Shown here piece by piece: positions 8,194 to 15,606 of a stretch of 36,931 bases of DNA (its first letter is position 1; each line of letters begins with the position of its first letter). The DNA comes from a virus (lineage: Duplodnaviria > Caudoviricetes): the IMG/VR virus record IMGVR_UViG_3300016666_000042, positions 1 to 36,931 of that record; one strand, given 5' to 3'. The notes beneath the pieces were generated by a model that saw only the letters and a list, made by a program, of their open reading frames with translations, had not been told where the DNA came from and ran no database searches. The position numbers and the translations under genes are program-made.

Positions 8194-8364
8194 TTACTTA
8201 ACTTTATCGCGGAAATTATTGAAAGACCGAACTTTCGAAAGTGAACGATCCGCTTCAGCCTTTGCTTGCTGCTCACGAATCCTTTTAAAAGTTTCCTCAA
8301 CATTGGTCTTATGGCTCGGTACATATTTAAATCTAGGGTCTAGGATTGATTTTGGGTCTGCCAT
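8194..8364 (-). CDS. Small hypothetical protein, 56 aa (not in ORF track)
   Basis: Hand translation MADPKSILDPRFKYVPSHKTNVEETFKRIREQ...; AGGAGG RBS. Confidence 0.7.
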   Translation of the reverse strand: MADPKSILDPRFKYVPSHKTNVEETFKRIREQQAKAEADRSLSKVRSFNNFRDKVK

Positions 8365-8371
8365 ACTCCTC

Positions 8372-8482
8372 CTAAAAAGATGAAATTATAAGAGTAAACA
8401 AAATAATCAGGAACCACAATACCTTTGGATGACGTGCCAGCCAATCATCAGTATTAAACAGTTTTTTCTCTAGTTCGCTCAT
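8372..8482 (-). CDS. Small membrane peptide, 36 aa (not in ORF track)
   Basis: MSELEKKLFNTDDWLARHPKVLWFLIIFVYSIISSF; AAGGAG RBS; ATGA overlap with upstream ORF. Confidence 0.65.
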   Translation of the reverse strand: MSELEKKLFNTDDWLARHPKVLWFLIILFTLIISSF

Positions 8483-8661
8483 TCTCTTTCGTCTCCTTCT
8501 ATCTCGTTAGCTAAAAAGTGGATTTCTTGTGTCGGCAATCTAAGTGCTTCATACGCCATCATCAGTACTTCTTGTTCGCTTTCATTTAAATCCCTACGCT
8601 CAAACTTATCTACCATTTCACGTAAGACATAAACCATTTCTGCTATTGCCCATTTATCCAT
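8479..8661 (-). CDS. Small acidic hypothetical protein
   Basis: GGGAG RBS; tightly packed in operon. Confidence 0.65.
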   Translation of the reverse strand: MDKWAIAEMVYVLREMVDKFERRDLNESEQEVLMMAYEALRLPTQEIHFLANEIEGDERE

Positions 8662-8743
8662 TTGCGTACTCCCTCATTTGTTGATTAGCAGCTTCCAGCT
8701 CATCCTGGGTGACTAGATCGGGTATCTCATCAAAGTAGTCCAT
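8654..8743 (-). CDS. Small acidic peptide, 29 aa (not in ORF track)
   Basis: MDYFDEIPDLVTQDELEAANQQMREYANG; strong TAAGGAG RBS. Confidence 0.6.
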   Translation of the reverse strand: MDYFDEIPDLVTQDELEAANQQMREYANG

Positions 8744-8753
8744 TTATTTCTCC

Positions 8754-8894
8754 TTAAATTTCCTCAACAGATTCAATTTGCCACATTAATGCCAATGCTC
8801 TTAAATTTGCGTCCGACATTGATTTATGAATTTCAACATTGCGAAATTCTTTATTAAGGATTTTGCTATAAACATAAAAGGTAACTTTGAACAT
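8754..8894 (-). CDS. First gene of leftward operon, 46 aa (not in ORF track)
   Basis: MFKVTFYVYSKILNKEFRNVEIHKSMSDANLRALALMWQIESVEEI; GGGAG RBS 6 nt upstream. Confidence 0.65.
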   Translation of the reverse strand: MFKVTFYVYSKILNKEFRNVEIHKSMSDANLRALALMWQIESVEEI

Positions 8895-8931
8895 TTAAGA
8901 CTCCCAAGAAGTTGTTTAGTAGGTGAAACAG

Positions 8932-8960
8932 ATTATGAGGCAAGTATTTAGAAAAGTAAA
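8932..8960 (-). promoter_or_regulatory. Putative leftward sigma70 promoter
   Basis: Minus strand TTTACT-N17-CATAAT. Confidence 0.55.
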
Positions 8961-8967
8961 GTAAAAA

Positions 8968-9001
8968 TATTTCTATTGGTAAATTAAAGTCAATAGAAAT
9001 A
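8968..9001. promoter_or_regulatory. 11-bp inverted repeat between divergent promoters (operator-like)
   Basis: TATTTCTATTG-N12-CAATAGAAATA. Confidence 0.6.
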
Positions 9002-9006
9002 ATTCA

Positions 9007-9034
9007 TTGACGTAAACAAAAATTAGTGTAATCT
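9007..9034 (+). promoter_or_regulatory. Putative rightward sigma70 promoter
   Basis: TTGACG-N16-TAATCT. Confidence 0.55.
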
Positions 9035-9058
9035 GAAGGCTCTTTTAACGGGGGTGAT

Positions 9059-9238
9059 ATGAGAGATCCAGGGTGGTGGCGTGAATTTGAGCAGGAATAT
9101 AACGAACGTGAAGAAAGATTAGCAGAAATAGCTGAAAAACATAAGGAATGGAAGCAAAAGTTGCAACAAGAGCAAAAGCCTTCATTGTGGCGCAAACGGC
9201 AAATAGTCGGACTAGAGGAGCAAAATGAGAAAGATTGA
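9059..9238 (+). CDS. First gene of rightward operon, 59 aa charged protein (not in ORF track)
   Basis: MRDPGWWREFEQEYNEREERLAE...; GGGGGTG RBS; preferred over the antisense ORF 9004-9195. Confidence 0.65.
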   Translation: MRDPGWWREFEQEYNEREERLAEIAEKHKEWKQKLQQEQKPSLWRKRQIVGLEEQNEKD

Positions 9239-9407
9239 TGGTTTTTTACTAATAGTTATTGCTTATACGTTTTTAGTAGCGGTATCAGTAGGATCAAGTA
9301 TTTTATTAATTGAATTACTATTTTTTAAACAATCCGGCATCAAATATGACTGCACTACAGCGTCATTTAATCCAGATGCTGCTAACAGGGAGATATGCAG
9401 AAAATGA
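9225..9407 (+). CDS. Small membrane protein
   Basis: GAGGAG RBS; long hydrophobic N-terminus; YDC...FNPD...CRK. Confidence 0.65.
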   Translation: MRKIDGFLLIVIAYTFLVAVSVGSSILLIELLFFKQSGIKYDCTTASFNPDAANREICRK

Positions 9408-9610
9408 CTAATTTAGAATGCTACTTTTATTCGTTTGATGGCGGTACTTTGGAGTGCTGGTTTGAATATGAGCCAGCGGACAAGGATCTGGGATATAACG
9501 GCAATGCTTATCTAGTAAAAGCAATGGTTGGAAATGCAGATATTACTGATTTGCTAGACAAAAAAATTGTTGAGGAAATTGAGGTTGCTTGCTGCAACTC
9601 AATGGAGTGA
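9395..9610 (+). CDS. Hypothetical acidic protein
   Basis: Operon context; LECWFEYEP, DITDLL. Confidence 0.65.
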   Translation: MQKMTNLECYFYSFDGGTLECWFEYEPADKDLGYNGNAYLVKAMVGNADITDLLDKKIVEEIEVACCNSME

Positions 9611-9616
9611 GATTAA

Positions 9617-9877
9617 ATGAAACCAACACAAGAGCAAGTAATAGCATGGGCGCAAGCCGTAGGAATGGAACGATGCGATTGTGAGCCGCGTTGCCATTTG
9701 CACACTGGAGGAATGGGAAGCCTAACTGCTTTAGTTGACATCGCCTATGAAGCAGGTCGCAAGTATGAGAATGAGGAAATAGCCGTTGAGTTTGATAAAC
9801 GACATGAAGCGGTCAAGCATCGAAATAATTACTTTTTACACGCTGCCAATTATGTACGCGCAAGGAGAGAACAATGA
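9617..9877 (+). CDS. Hypothetical protein
   Basis: GGAG RBS; ends VRARREQ like many small phage proteins. Confidence 0.6.
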   Translation: MKPTQEQVIAWAQAVGMERCDCEPRCHLHTGGMGSLTALVDIAYEAGRKYENEEIAVEFDKRHEAVKHRNNYFLHAANYVRARREQ

Positions 9878-10113
9878 CTGACAAACAACCAGAAGCATTG
9901 AGGTTGGCTGATGCGTTTGGCATACCACATTGGACAGGGCTTCCAATCGCCTTACACGTAGAAGCCGCAGCAGAACTACGCCGACTGCATGAAGTGAATG
10001 CGGAGTTGGTGGAAGCATTAAGCGTAATTATTTGTGGAGTACCTGACACATGGGATGGTGTTAAACAAGCGAAAGTAATACTTGATAAAACAAAGGAGAA
10101 AAACAATGGCTAA
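9874..10113 (+). CDS. Hypothetical protein
   Basis: AAGGAG RBS; QPEALRLAD and AAAELRRLH motifs common in phage accessory proteins. Confidence 0.7.
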   Translation: MTDKQPEALRLADAFGIPHWTGLPIALHVEAAAELRRLHEVNAELVEALSVIICGVPDTWDGVKQAKVILDKTKEKNNG

Positions 10114-10300
10114 ATTACCTTACACAATTACCATCTGCCCAGACCAGCCAAACCCAAAGCAGTTCACAGCGATGACACCGGCGTTAGTTAATGCTTTGCG
10201 CTACACAAACGACTTGACGATAGACCAACGGCAGTACGTTTATCCGACAGCACCGCAAGCAGTTACACAAATCAATACGCATAAGGAGAAAAACACATGA
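10106..10300 (+). CDS. Hypothetical protein
   Basis: Start moved to ATG 10106 behind AAGGAG. Confidence 0.6.
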   Translation: MAKLPYTITICPDQPNPKQFTAMTPALVNALRYTNDLTIDQRQYVYPTAPQAVTQINTHKEKNT

Positions 10301-10731
10301 TAGAACTTCCAAAAAAAGGAACAAAACGCTATCAGATGTGTGTTAATTTCATCCGATCTGGCTATATGACTTTAGGTTCGTATATTGAAGAATATGGACT
10401 TATGGGATTTTCTAAACCTTATGGTCTTAGAGCTGAATTTGATGAGTTAATAAAAAAACAATGTTTGCGGTATTTTAACGAACGATATTCTCCTACTGTA
10501 GCATTGCTAAGTACGCTTAAAATGGACGATTACGTCTACGTTGAGCCTAGAATTCCGCCGCCATTTAAGCCAATGGAGTCTAAGCATTACTTGCCAAAAG
10601 TCTCTCCAAGAGGCGATGAAATACGTCAAATCAGTTATATAGGAATGGGAAAACATGTTGCAGCAGGAACAGAAACAACCGATACAGTATCAGTTCTCAA
10701 CGAAGTTTTGTCAGGGCTGCAAGCGGAGTAG
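10297..10731 (+). CDS. Hypothetical protein
   Basis: TAAGGAG RBS; ATGA overlap. Confidence 0.65.
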   Translation: MIELPKKGTKRYQMCVNFIRSGYMTLGSYIEEYGLMGFSKPYGLRAEFDELIKKQCLRYFNERYSPTVALLSTLKMDDYVYVEPRIPPPFKPMESKHYLPKVSPRGDEIRQISYIGMGKHVAAGTETTDTVSVLNEVLSGLQAE

Positions 10732-10801
10732 ATCGGCAGTGCAGTTTAAAAACAATGAAACTTTATGCAAAATGTGTAGATTGCGGAAACCTAAGGTATA
10801 A
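10655..10801 (+). CDS. Small zinc-ribbon protein, 48 aa (not in ORF track)
   Basis: MLQQEQKQPIQYQFSTKFCQGCKRSRSAVQFKNNETLCKMCRLRKPKV, CxxC...CxxC; overlaps end of upstream ORF. Confidence 0.55.
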   Translation: MLQQEQKQPIQYQFSTKFCQGCKRSRSAVQFKNNETLCKMCRLRKPKV

Positions 10802-10807
10802 TTTTAC

Positions 10808-10904
10808 AGGAATGGCTAGGCTTGCTACCGAAAAGACGACTTCTCACCGTCCTGCCAATTCCTACCTTATGTGAGAGCCGAGGATGACAACCTCATGAGA
10901 AAGG
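10808..10904 (+). ncRNA. Candidate structured RNA C / leader upstream of the replication initiator
   Basis: AGGAAU/AUUCCU and GGC/GCC outer stem; GACG/CGUC hairpin with loop ACUUCUCAC; TATAAT at 10797-10802 just upstream. Confidence 0.55.
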
Positions 10905-10910
10905 CACAGT

Positions 10911-11558
10911 ATGATCTTACGTCCTAAAAATTGGTCTGAATATCAGCATTACAAAGACCGAAATCCACCCTGGATTAAATTACATCGTGATCTATTAAAT
11001 GATCGTGATTTTATGTGCTTGCCTATTGCTAGCAAGGCGATAGCACCATTGCTCTGGTTGCTAGCATCCGAGTCTAAATTAGGCGAATTCAACGCAGATA
11101 TTGTCGAATTGTCATTTAGGCTTAGGCTTACTGAAAAAGAAGTAAAGGATGGGCTTAACCCATTGATTGCAAAAGGATTCTTTGTTGATGCTAGCGGTAT
11201 GCTAGCAGAGTGCTTGCAAGATGCTAGACCAGAGACAGAGAGAGAGACAGAGAAAGAGACAAATAATAATTCTAAAAACGCAATAAAAATTGATCTACCA
11301 GACTGGCTACCGGAAGTTCATTGGAAAGACTTTGTTGAGTTTAGAAAGTTTATTAAAAAGCCAATGACTGCAAAAGCCATGCAACTCATGATTAGCAAAT
11401 TAGAAAGATTTAAAGAGGCTGGTCATAACCCTATTGAGGCTTTAAATCGAAGCATTGCTAACAACTGGAGCGATGTATACGAACCTAAATCTGATTCTGC
11501 AAGCAAAAGCAAATCAACTCCTCATTTGAAGTATTGGGAGAAAGGCTACCGGCCATGA
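10911..11558 (+). CDS. Replication initiator (replisome organiser, lambda O-like role)
   Basis: KNWSEYQHYKDRNPPWIKL N-terminus; C-terminal WKDFVEFRK...SIANNW domain; upstream of helicase; internal iterons. Confidence 0.8.
   Translation: MILRPKNWSEYQHYKDRNPPWIKLHRDLLNDRDFMCLPIASKAIAPLLWLLASESKLGEFNADIVELSFRLRLTEKEVKDGLNPLIAKGFFVDASGMLAECLQDARPETERETEKETNNNSKNAIKIDLPDWLPEVHWKDFVEFRKFIKKPMTAKAMQLMISKLERFKEAGHNPIEALNRSIANNWSDVYEPKSDSASKSKSTPHLKYWEKGYRP
11188..11290. repeat. Probable replication origin: four 11-bp phased repeats, GA tract, AT-rich tract
   Basis: ATGCTAGCGGT ATGCTAGCAGA GTGCTTGCAAG ATGCTAGACCA (11188-11231), then GAGACAGAGA-type tract to 11260 and AT-rich run. Confidence 0.65.
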
Positions 11559-11905
11559 GAGGTCATCAACAGCTCATAAAGCTACGCATATCTGGTTTTA
11601 CTCCTAAAGGCGTATGGGTCAATTACGGCGAAGATAAGACAAACAACTGTCTGCACTGGACAAAGTGGGATGACACATTGCCATATCCTGAAATTGAGAT
11701 TTTACCGATAGAAAATATCAATCAACTGGACTTGCGTTTTTCTGTAGGATTAACTGTGCATTTAACGACTAAAGAAAATTATGAAAAGGCTTCAAAACTT
11801 CATAAGGCTTTCTTGGCGGCTAAAGCAAAACGGGTCATTACAGTTTGTGATGGTTATTTAATCGACAGCGAAACGGGAGTTCACAGTGACTATGTTCCTG
11901 AATGA
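11555..11905 (+). CDS. Hypothetical protein between initiator and helicase
   Basis: Start moved to ATG 11555 (ATGA overlap); DLRFSVGLTVH. Confidence 0.7.
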   Translation: MRGHQQLIKLRISGFTPKGVWVNYGEDKTNNCLHWTKWDDTLPYPEIEILPIENINQLDLRFSVGLTVHLTTKENYEKASKLHKAFLAAKAKRVITVCDGYLIDSETGVHSDYVPE

Positions 11906-12839
11906 CAACATAGACTTTGCTGCTTATCTTCATGCTACAGACCATAAGTATCTTGTTAAAGACGCATCTGTTTGGGTTGATGAGCTTGCAGACAATCTGG
12001 ATAATACAGTTATTGAAAAAGAAACAAAGATGCTTTGGGAGCAAACCAAAGACTTTGCATTTCGTCCAGGCGAGGTAACAGTATGGGCAGGTTCAAATGG
12101 TGGTGGTAAGTCCTTACTAACTGGTCAGGTTGCTCTTGGTTTAATCAAAGCTGGCGAAAAAGTGTGCGTCCAGAGCTTTGAGATGAAACCTAAAGTATCT
12201 ATTAAACGGCTTATAAGGCAGTTCTCAGGCGAAAACATAGACTGGCAAGCATCCAGATATGGACTGGACTACAAACGCGCCTTATACAACCGTTTTAAGG
12301 CTTTTGCGACAGGCAATCTTTGGTTCTACGATCAGCAGGGAACGGTTACGCCAGAGCAAGTTATCAGTGTGTCAAGATATTGCGCCTTAGAGCTTGGCAT
12401 AACGCATATCTTCATTGACAGCTTGATGAAGTGTGTCAGGGGTGAGGATGACTATAACGGTCAGAAGGCTTTTGTGGATGAGATAACTGCACTTGCTAGA
12501 GATCATAATGTACACGTACATCTAGTCCACCATATCCGCAAATTGCAGTCGGATGAGAATATGCCAAATAAGAACGATCTGCGAGGTTCCAGCTCAATCA
12601 CGGATCAGGTCGATAATGTGTTTATTGTGTGGCGCAACAAAAAGAAAGAAAACGAAATTAATCGTGGACAAGAGACAGATTTAAGTTCTCCGGACATGAT
12701 TTTGATGAACGAAAAGCAGAGGAATGGTGAATCAACAGAGTGGTATAACTTCTGGTATCACAGGGATTCAACGCAGTTCATTGAGAAATGGCAGGGTTTT
12801 CCGCAGGACTTTGATAATAAAGGGCGATTTAAAGGATGA
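11886..12839 (+). CDS. DnaB/T7 gp4-like SF4 replicative helicase (no primase domain)
   Basis: FRPGEVTVWAGSNGGGKS Walker A, SFEM, IFIDSL, HLVHHIRK, DLRGSSSITDQVDNV, KQRNG. Confidence 0.9.
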   Translation: MTMFLNDNIDFAAYLHATDHKYLVKDASVWVDELADNLDNTVIEKETKMLWEQTKDFAFRPGEVTVWAGSNGGGKSLLTGQVALGLIKAGEKVCVQSFEMKPKVSIKRLIRQFSGENIDWQASRYGLDYKRALYNRFKAFATGNLWFYDQQGTVTPEQVISVSRYCALELGITHIFIDSLMKCVRGEDDYNGQKAFVDEITALARDHNVHVHLVHHIRKLQSDENMPNKNDLRGSSSITDQVDNVFIVWRNKKKENEINRGQETDLSSPDMILMNEKQRNGESTEWYNFWYHRDSTQFIEKWQGFPQDFDNKGRFKG

Positions 12840-13039
12840 ATGAGTTTTTCGAAGAAGAACGTCACAGATGCGAAGTAAGAACGATAATTAGATGGCGGTT
12901 GCAAGATAGAAACAAAGCAATAGATTACATAGAGTTAGTTAGAAAAAAACGAGGTGATGCTGCTGCAAATAGGTTACATAAAGATGCGGTAGATCAATGG
13001 ACAAAAGGAAGTAAAGGTATTCATGGGGAGTGGAAGTGA
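12836..13039 (+). CDS. Hypothetical protein
   Basis: ATGA-coupled; RHRCEVR, KKRG, DQW. Confidence 0.7.
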   Translation: MNEFFEEERHRCEVRTIIRWRLQDRNKAIDYIELVRKKRGDAAANRLHKDAVDQWTKGSKGIHGEWK

Positions 13040-13314
13040 CATATAAGCGAGTTGATGATAACCAGGCTAAAGTAGTCCGAGCATTACGTGCTGAAGGTAT
13101 GACAGTTCAACATCTGCACGCAGTAGGTCGCGGATGTCCTGATTTGCTTGTGGGATGGAAAAATAAAAATTTATTACTTGAGATTAAAGATGGAGCAAAA
13201 GCCTGGAAACTAACACCAGATCAGGTAATTTGGCATCACAACTGGCAAGGTCAAATAGCAATAGTAATTAGTCCAGAGGATGCAATAGAGAAAGTAAAAG
13301 ATGCCATCAAATAA
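13030..13314 (+). CDS. PD-(D/E)xK nuclease (VRR-NUC-like, possible resolvase)
   Basis: RVDDNQ, GCPDLLVG, LLEIK, LTPDQ motifs. Confidence 0.8.
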   Translation: MEVTYKRVDDNQAKVVRALRAEGMTVQHLHAVGRGCPDLLVGWKNKNLLLEIKDGAKAWKLTPDQVIWHHNWQGQIAIVISPEDAIEKVKDAIK

Positions 13315-13720
13315 AAAGCCAAGAAAGAAAAGAATAATCAAGCCGCTGGTGCTGCCACAAACTATACGGCATAGCGCAGAGGCAGACACAGAAATGCAGC
13401 TTGCTCCGCATACTGAGCTGATGAAACTGAGACAAGGTTATGGTGATGAAGGTAGCTGGCATACGATAGTTTGCAGAATAAATATAGGCGTAATTGCTGC
13501 ATGGCAAAATAATATTGATAATACGGTTATCAGAAAAGGTCTGGACGCAATGATAAATGTCAGAAACAGGCATGAAAAATCTGACAAATGGGGATTATCT
13601 GGCGATGATTTGCGGAATATTGGCGAGGCATTAGTACAGACCGATAACCTGCAACTATCATTAACAAGAAGGCAATTAAATAAAGCTATTGAATACGTCT
13701 ATAAAGAGGCTGCATACTAA
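13301..13720 (+). CDS. Hypothetical protein
   Basis: Basic N-terminus MPSNKKPRKK; operon context. Confidence 0.7.
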   Translation: MPSNKKPRKKRIIKPLVLPQTIRHSAEADTEMQLAPHTELMKLRQGYGDEGSWHTIVCRINIGVIAAWQNNIDNTVIRKGLDAMINVRNRHEKSDKWGLSGDDLRNIGEALVQTDNLQLSLTRRQLNKAIEYVYKEAAY

Positions 13721-14043
13721 TGAAAAATCCACACGATGCGATTGATTACATGATTAAGCATTCAGAGGCTTATGCTAAGGCTAAAGCTAATGTTGTTTAT
13801 TTGACTGAATATAGGAAAACTAAAAAAGCAATGTGTTTTCAATCTGCTATTGGCAACACGATTGCTGAAAAAGAGGCAGCAGCGTATACACATCAGGAGT
13901 ACAAAGACGTTTTAAAAGGTCTTAAAGAGGCAGTAGAAGAAGCAGAACGACTAAGGTGGATGCTGATAGCAGCTCAGGCTAGGATTGATGTCTGGCGATC
14001 ACAAGAAGCCAGCAATAGAAGTTTAGATAAGGCCGCTCAGTAA
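13720..14043 (+). CDS. Helical hypothetical protein
   Basis: TAATG-coupled; RIDVWRSQEAS motif. Confidence 0.7.
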   Translation: MKNPHDAIDYMIKHSEAYAKAKANVVYLTEYRKTKKAMCFQSAIGNTIAEKEAAAYTHQEYKDVLKGLKEAVEEAERLRWMLIAAQARIDVWRSQEASNRSLDKAAQ

Positions 14044-14044
14044 A

Positions 14045-14224
14045 ATGAAACAAGGGCAATTGTTCAATAAAGATGAACTGCCCATAAAACTGAAAAGATT
14101 AACAAAAGAGCAAGTAAATAAGTTGGCTATAGAGCATTTTGGCAATTTACTGTATTACTATGAAGAGCAGATTATTGCTTTCGCGCAGGATATTCAAAAA
14201 AAGATAGAAGGGAAAAATAAGTGA
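14045..14224 (+). CDS. Small hypothetical protein, 59 aa (not in ORF track)
   Basis: MKQGQLFNKDELPIKLKRLTKEQ...FAQDIQKKIEGKNK fills the gap exactly; GTGA overlap with next gene. Confidence 0.6.
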   Translation: MKQGQLFNKDELPIKLKRLTKEQVNKLAIEHFGNLLYYYEEQIIAFAQDIQKKIEGKNK

Positions 14225-14415
14225 CGGATAAGAATGTACAGGCTGTGCGCCAAAAACTAGCGGATCGGGCTGAATTTGGGCTGATGAAATATGGAGTATC
14301 TACTGAGCGCAGTGATTTAACTCCGAGGCAATGGTTGATCCATGCTCAAGAAGAAGCAATGGATTTGGCTGTATATTTGGAGCGATTGATAAGCGACTTA
14401 GATGAAAAAAAGTGA
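14221..14415 (+). CDS. Small helical phage protein
   Basis: GLMKYG, WLIHAQEEAMDLAVYLE motif. Confidence 0.7.
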   Translation: MTDKNVQAVRQKLADRAEFGLMKYGVSTERSDLTPRQWLIHAQEEAMDLAVYLERLISDLDEKK

Positions 14416-14698
14416 CAAAGAATATTTATCCAAAGTAGCATCTCTAGGTTGTATAATATGCTATAGAGCAGGGTATCCAGAAACTCCGGCAGAGATTCAT
14501 CATATCCGCGATGTTGGCTTGGGATTGGGGGTTAGAAATGATAATGCTAATACCTTACCTTTATGTCCTTTGCATCATCGAGGCAATGAAGGAATACACG
14601 GAATGGGTCGAAAGGCTTGGGAGCGCAAGTTTGCTACACAATCCGAACTACTTGAACAAGTAAAGGAAATCTTAAATGAAAAAGACAGCGGCAGCTAA
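14402..14698 (+). CDS. HNH-like zinc nuclease (Ref/DUF968-like)
   Basis: GCIIC, AEIHH, LPLCPLHHR, GIH. Confidence 0.78.
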   Translation: MKKSDKEYLSKVASLGCIICYRAGYPETPAEIHHIRDVGLGLGVRNDNANTLPLCPLHHRGNEGIHGMGRKAWERKFATQSELLEQVKEILNEKDSGS

Positions 14699-14840
14699 AA
14701 AAGTCAGCAAAGTAATGAAGGAGTACGGTGCTGGCAAACTTCATTCTGGTAGCAAAAAAGGCCCAGTGGTTAAATCTCAAAAGCAAGCAGTTGCAATTGC
14801 GCTTTCTGAAGCTGGCATGAGCAAGAAGAAAAAGAAATGA
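14676..14840 (+). CDS. Small basic protein, 54 aa, DUF6496-like (not in ORF track)
   Basis: MKKTAAAKKVSKVMKEYGAGKLHSGSKKGPVVKSQKQAVAIALSEAGMSKKKKK; AAGGA RBS. Confidence 0.8.
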   Translation: MKKTAAAKKVSKVMKEYGAGKLHSGSKKGPVVKSQKQAVAIALSEAGMSKKKKK

Positions 14841-15142
14841 AGAAAACTGCTGCATGGCAACGTAAAGAAGGAAAAAATAAGTCTGGCGGTCTTAATGAAA
14901 AAGGTCGTAAGTCTTATGAAGCAGCAAATCCAGGATCAGATCTAAAGGCTCCAGTTAAATCAGGGGATAATCCTCGTAGAGCTTCATTTTTAGCCAGAAT
15001 GGGTAATATGCCTGGAGCAGAAAGAAAGCCCAATGGTGAGCCTACTAGACTTTTATTGAGTTTGCAGGCATGGGGTGCTAGTTCTAAGGCAGATGCAAAA
15101 AAGAAAGCTGCTGCTATATCAAATAGGAACAAAAAGAAATGA
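14837..15142 (+). CDS. Small basic protein, DUF6321-like
   Basis: AWQRKEGKNKSGGLNEKGRKSY, RRASFLARM; ATGA-coupled. Confidence 0.78.
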   Translation: MKKTAAWQRKEGKNKSGGLNEKGRKSYEAANPGSDLKAPVKSGDNPRRASFLARMGNMPGAERKPNGEPTRLLLSLQAWGASSKADAKKKAAAISNRNKKK

Positions 15143-15606
15143 AAGAATGTCCTAAAGTCTGTTCAGACATCCAGCTCAACCTGAAAAACAGGGATTGGGC
15201 TTTTAAGAATGTAGGCTATGGCCCAGCTAATCCAGAGGAGCCAGCAGACTTTTGGAATAAGCGCGCAGAGGAGTGGAATACAACTCCTGAAAACGCACAG
15301 ACCATGCGTTGTGGCAATTGTTCTGCATTTATTCAGACTCCTGAAATGATGGACTGCATTGTTAAGGGTATTCAGGGTGAAGAATCGGATAACGAAACAT
15401 ATGCCAATGAGGTAGTTGCAAATGCTGAACTTGGCTATTGTGAGCTGTTTGAGTTCAAATGTGCTGCTGATAGAACTTGCTCTGCTTGGCTGGTAGGTGG
15501 CCCAACGACTAAGCCAATGACTGACCGTCAGAAAACTATGCTCCGCATGGCTAAACTTGAAGTGGAAAACGAATATCCAAAAGATGAGCCATCAGAGTCA
15601 GATTGA
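15139..15606 (+). CDS. Cys-rich hypothetical protein
   Basis: YGPANP, RCGNC, GYCELFEFKCAADRTCSAW. Confidence 0.75.
   Translation: MKECPKVCSDIQLNLKNRDWAFKNVGYGPANPEEPADFWNKRAEEWNTTPENAQTMRCGNCSAFIQTPEMMDCIVKGIQGEESDNETYANEVVANAELGYCELFEFKCAADRTCSAWLVGGPTTKPMTDRQKTMLRMAKLEVENEYPKDEPSESD

Noticed and set aside
8962-9007. OxyR box (ATAG-N7-CTAT repeats)
   Set aside because: Only the inner CTAT and ATAG match; outer half-sites and spacing do not fit well enough to name the regulator.
9004-9195. 63-aa minus-strand ORF
   Set aside because: Antisense to a 59-aa plus-strand ORF with RBS located just downstream of the rightward promoter.
14634-14855. 73-aa minus-strand ORF
   Set aside because: Shadow of the plus-strand DUF6496-like gene 14676-14840.
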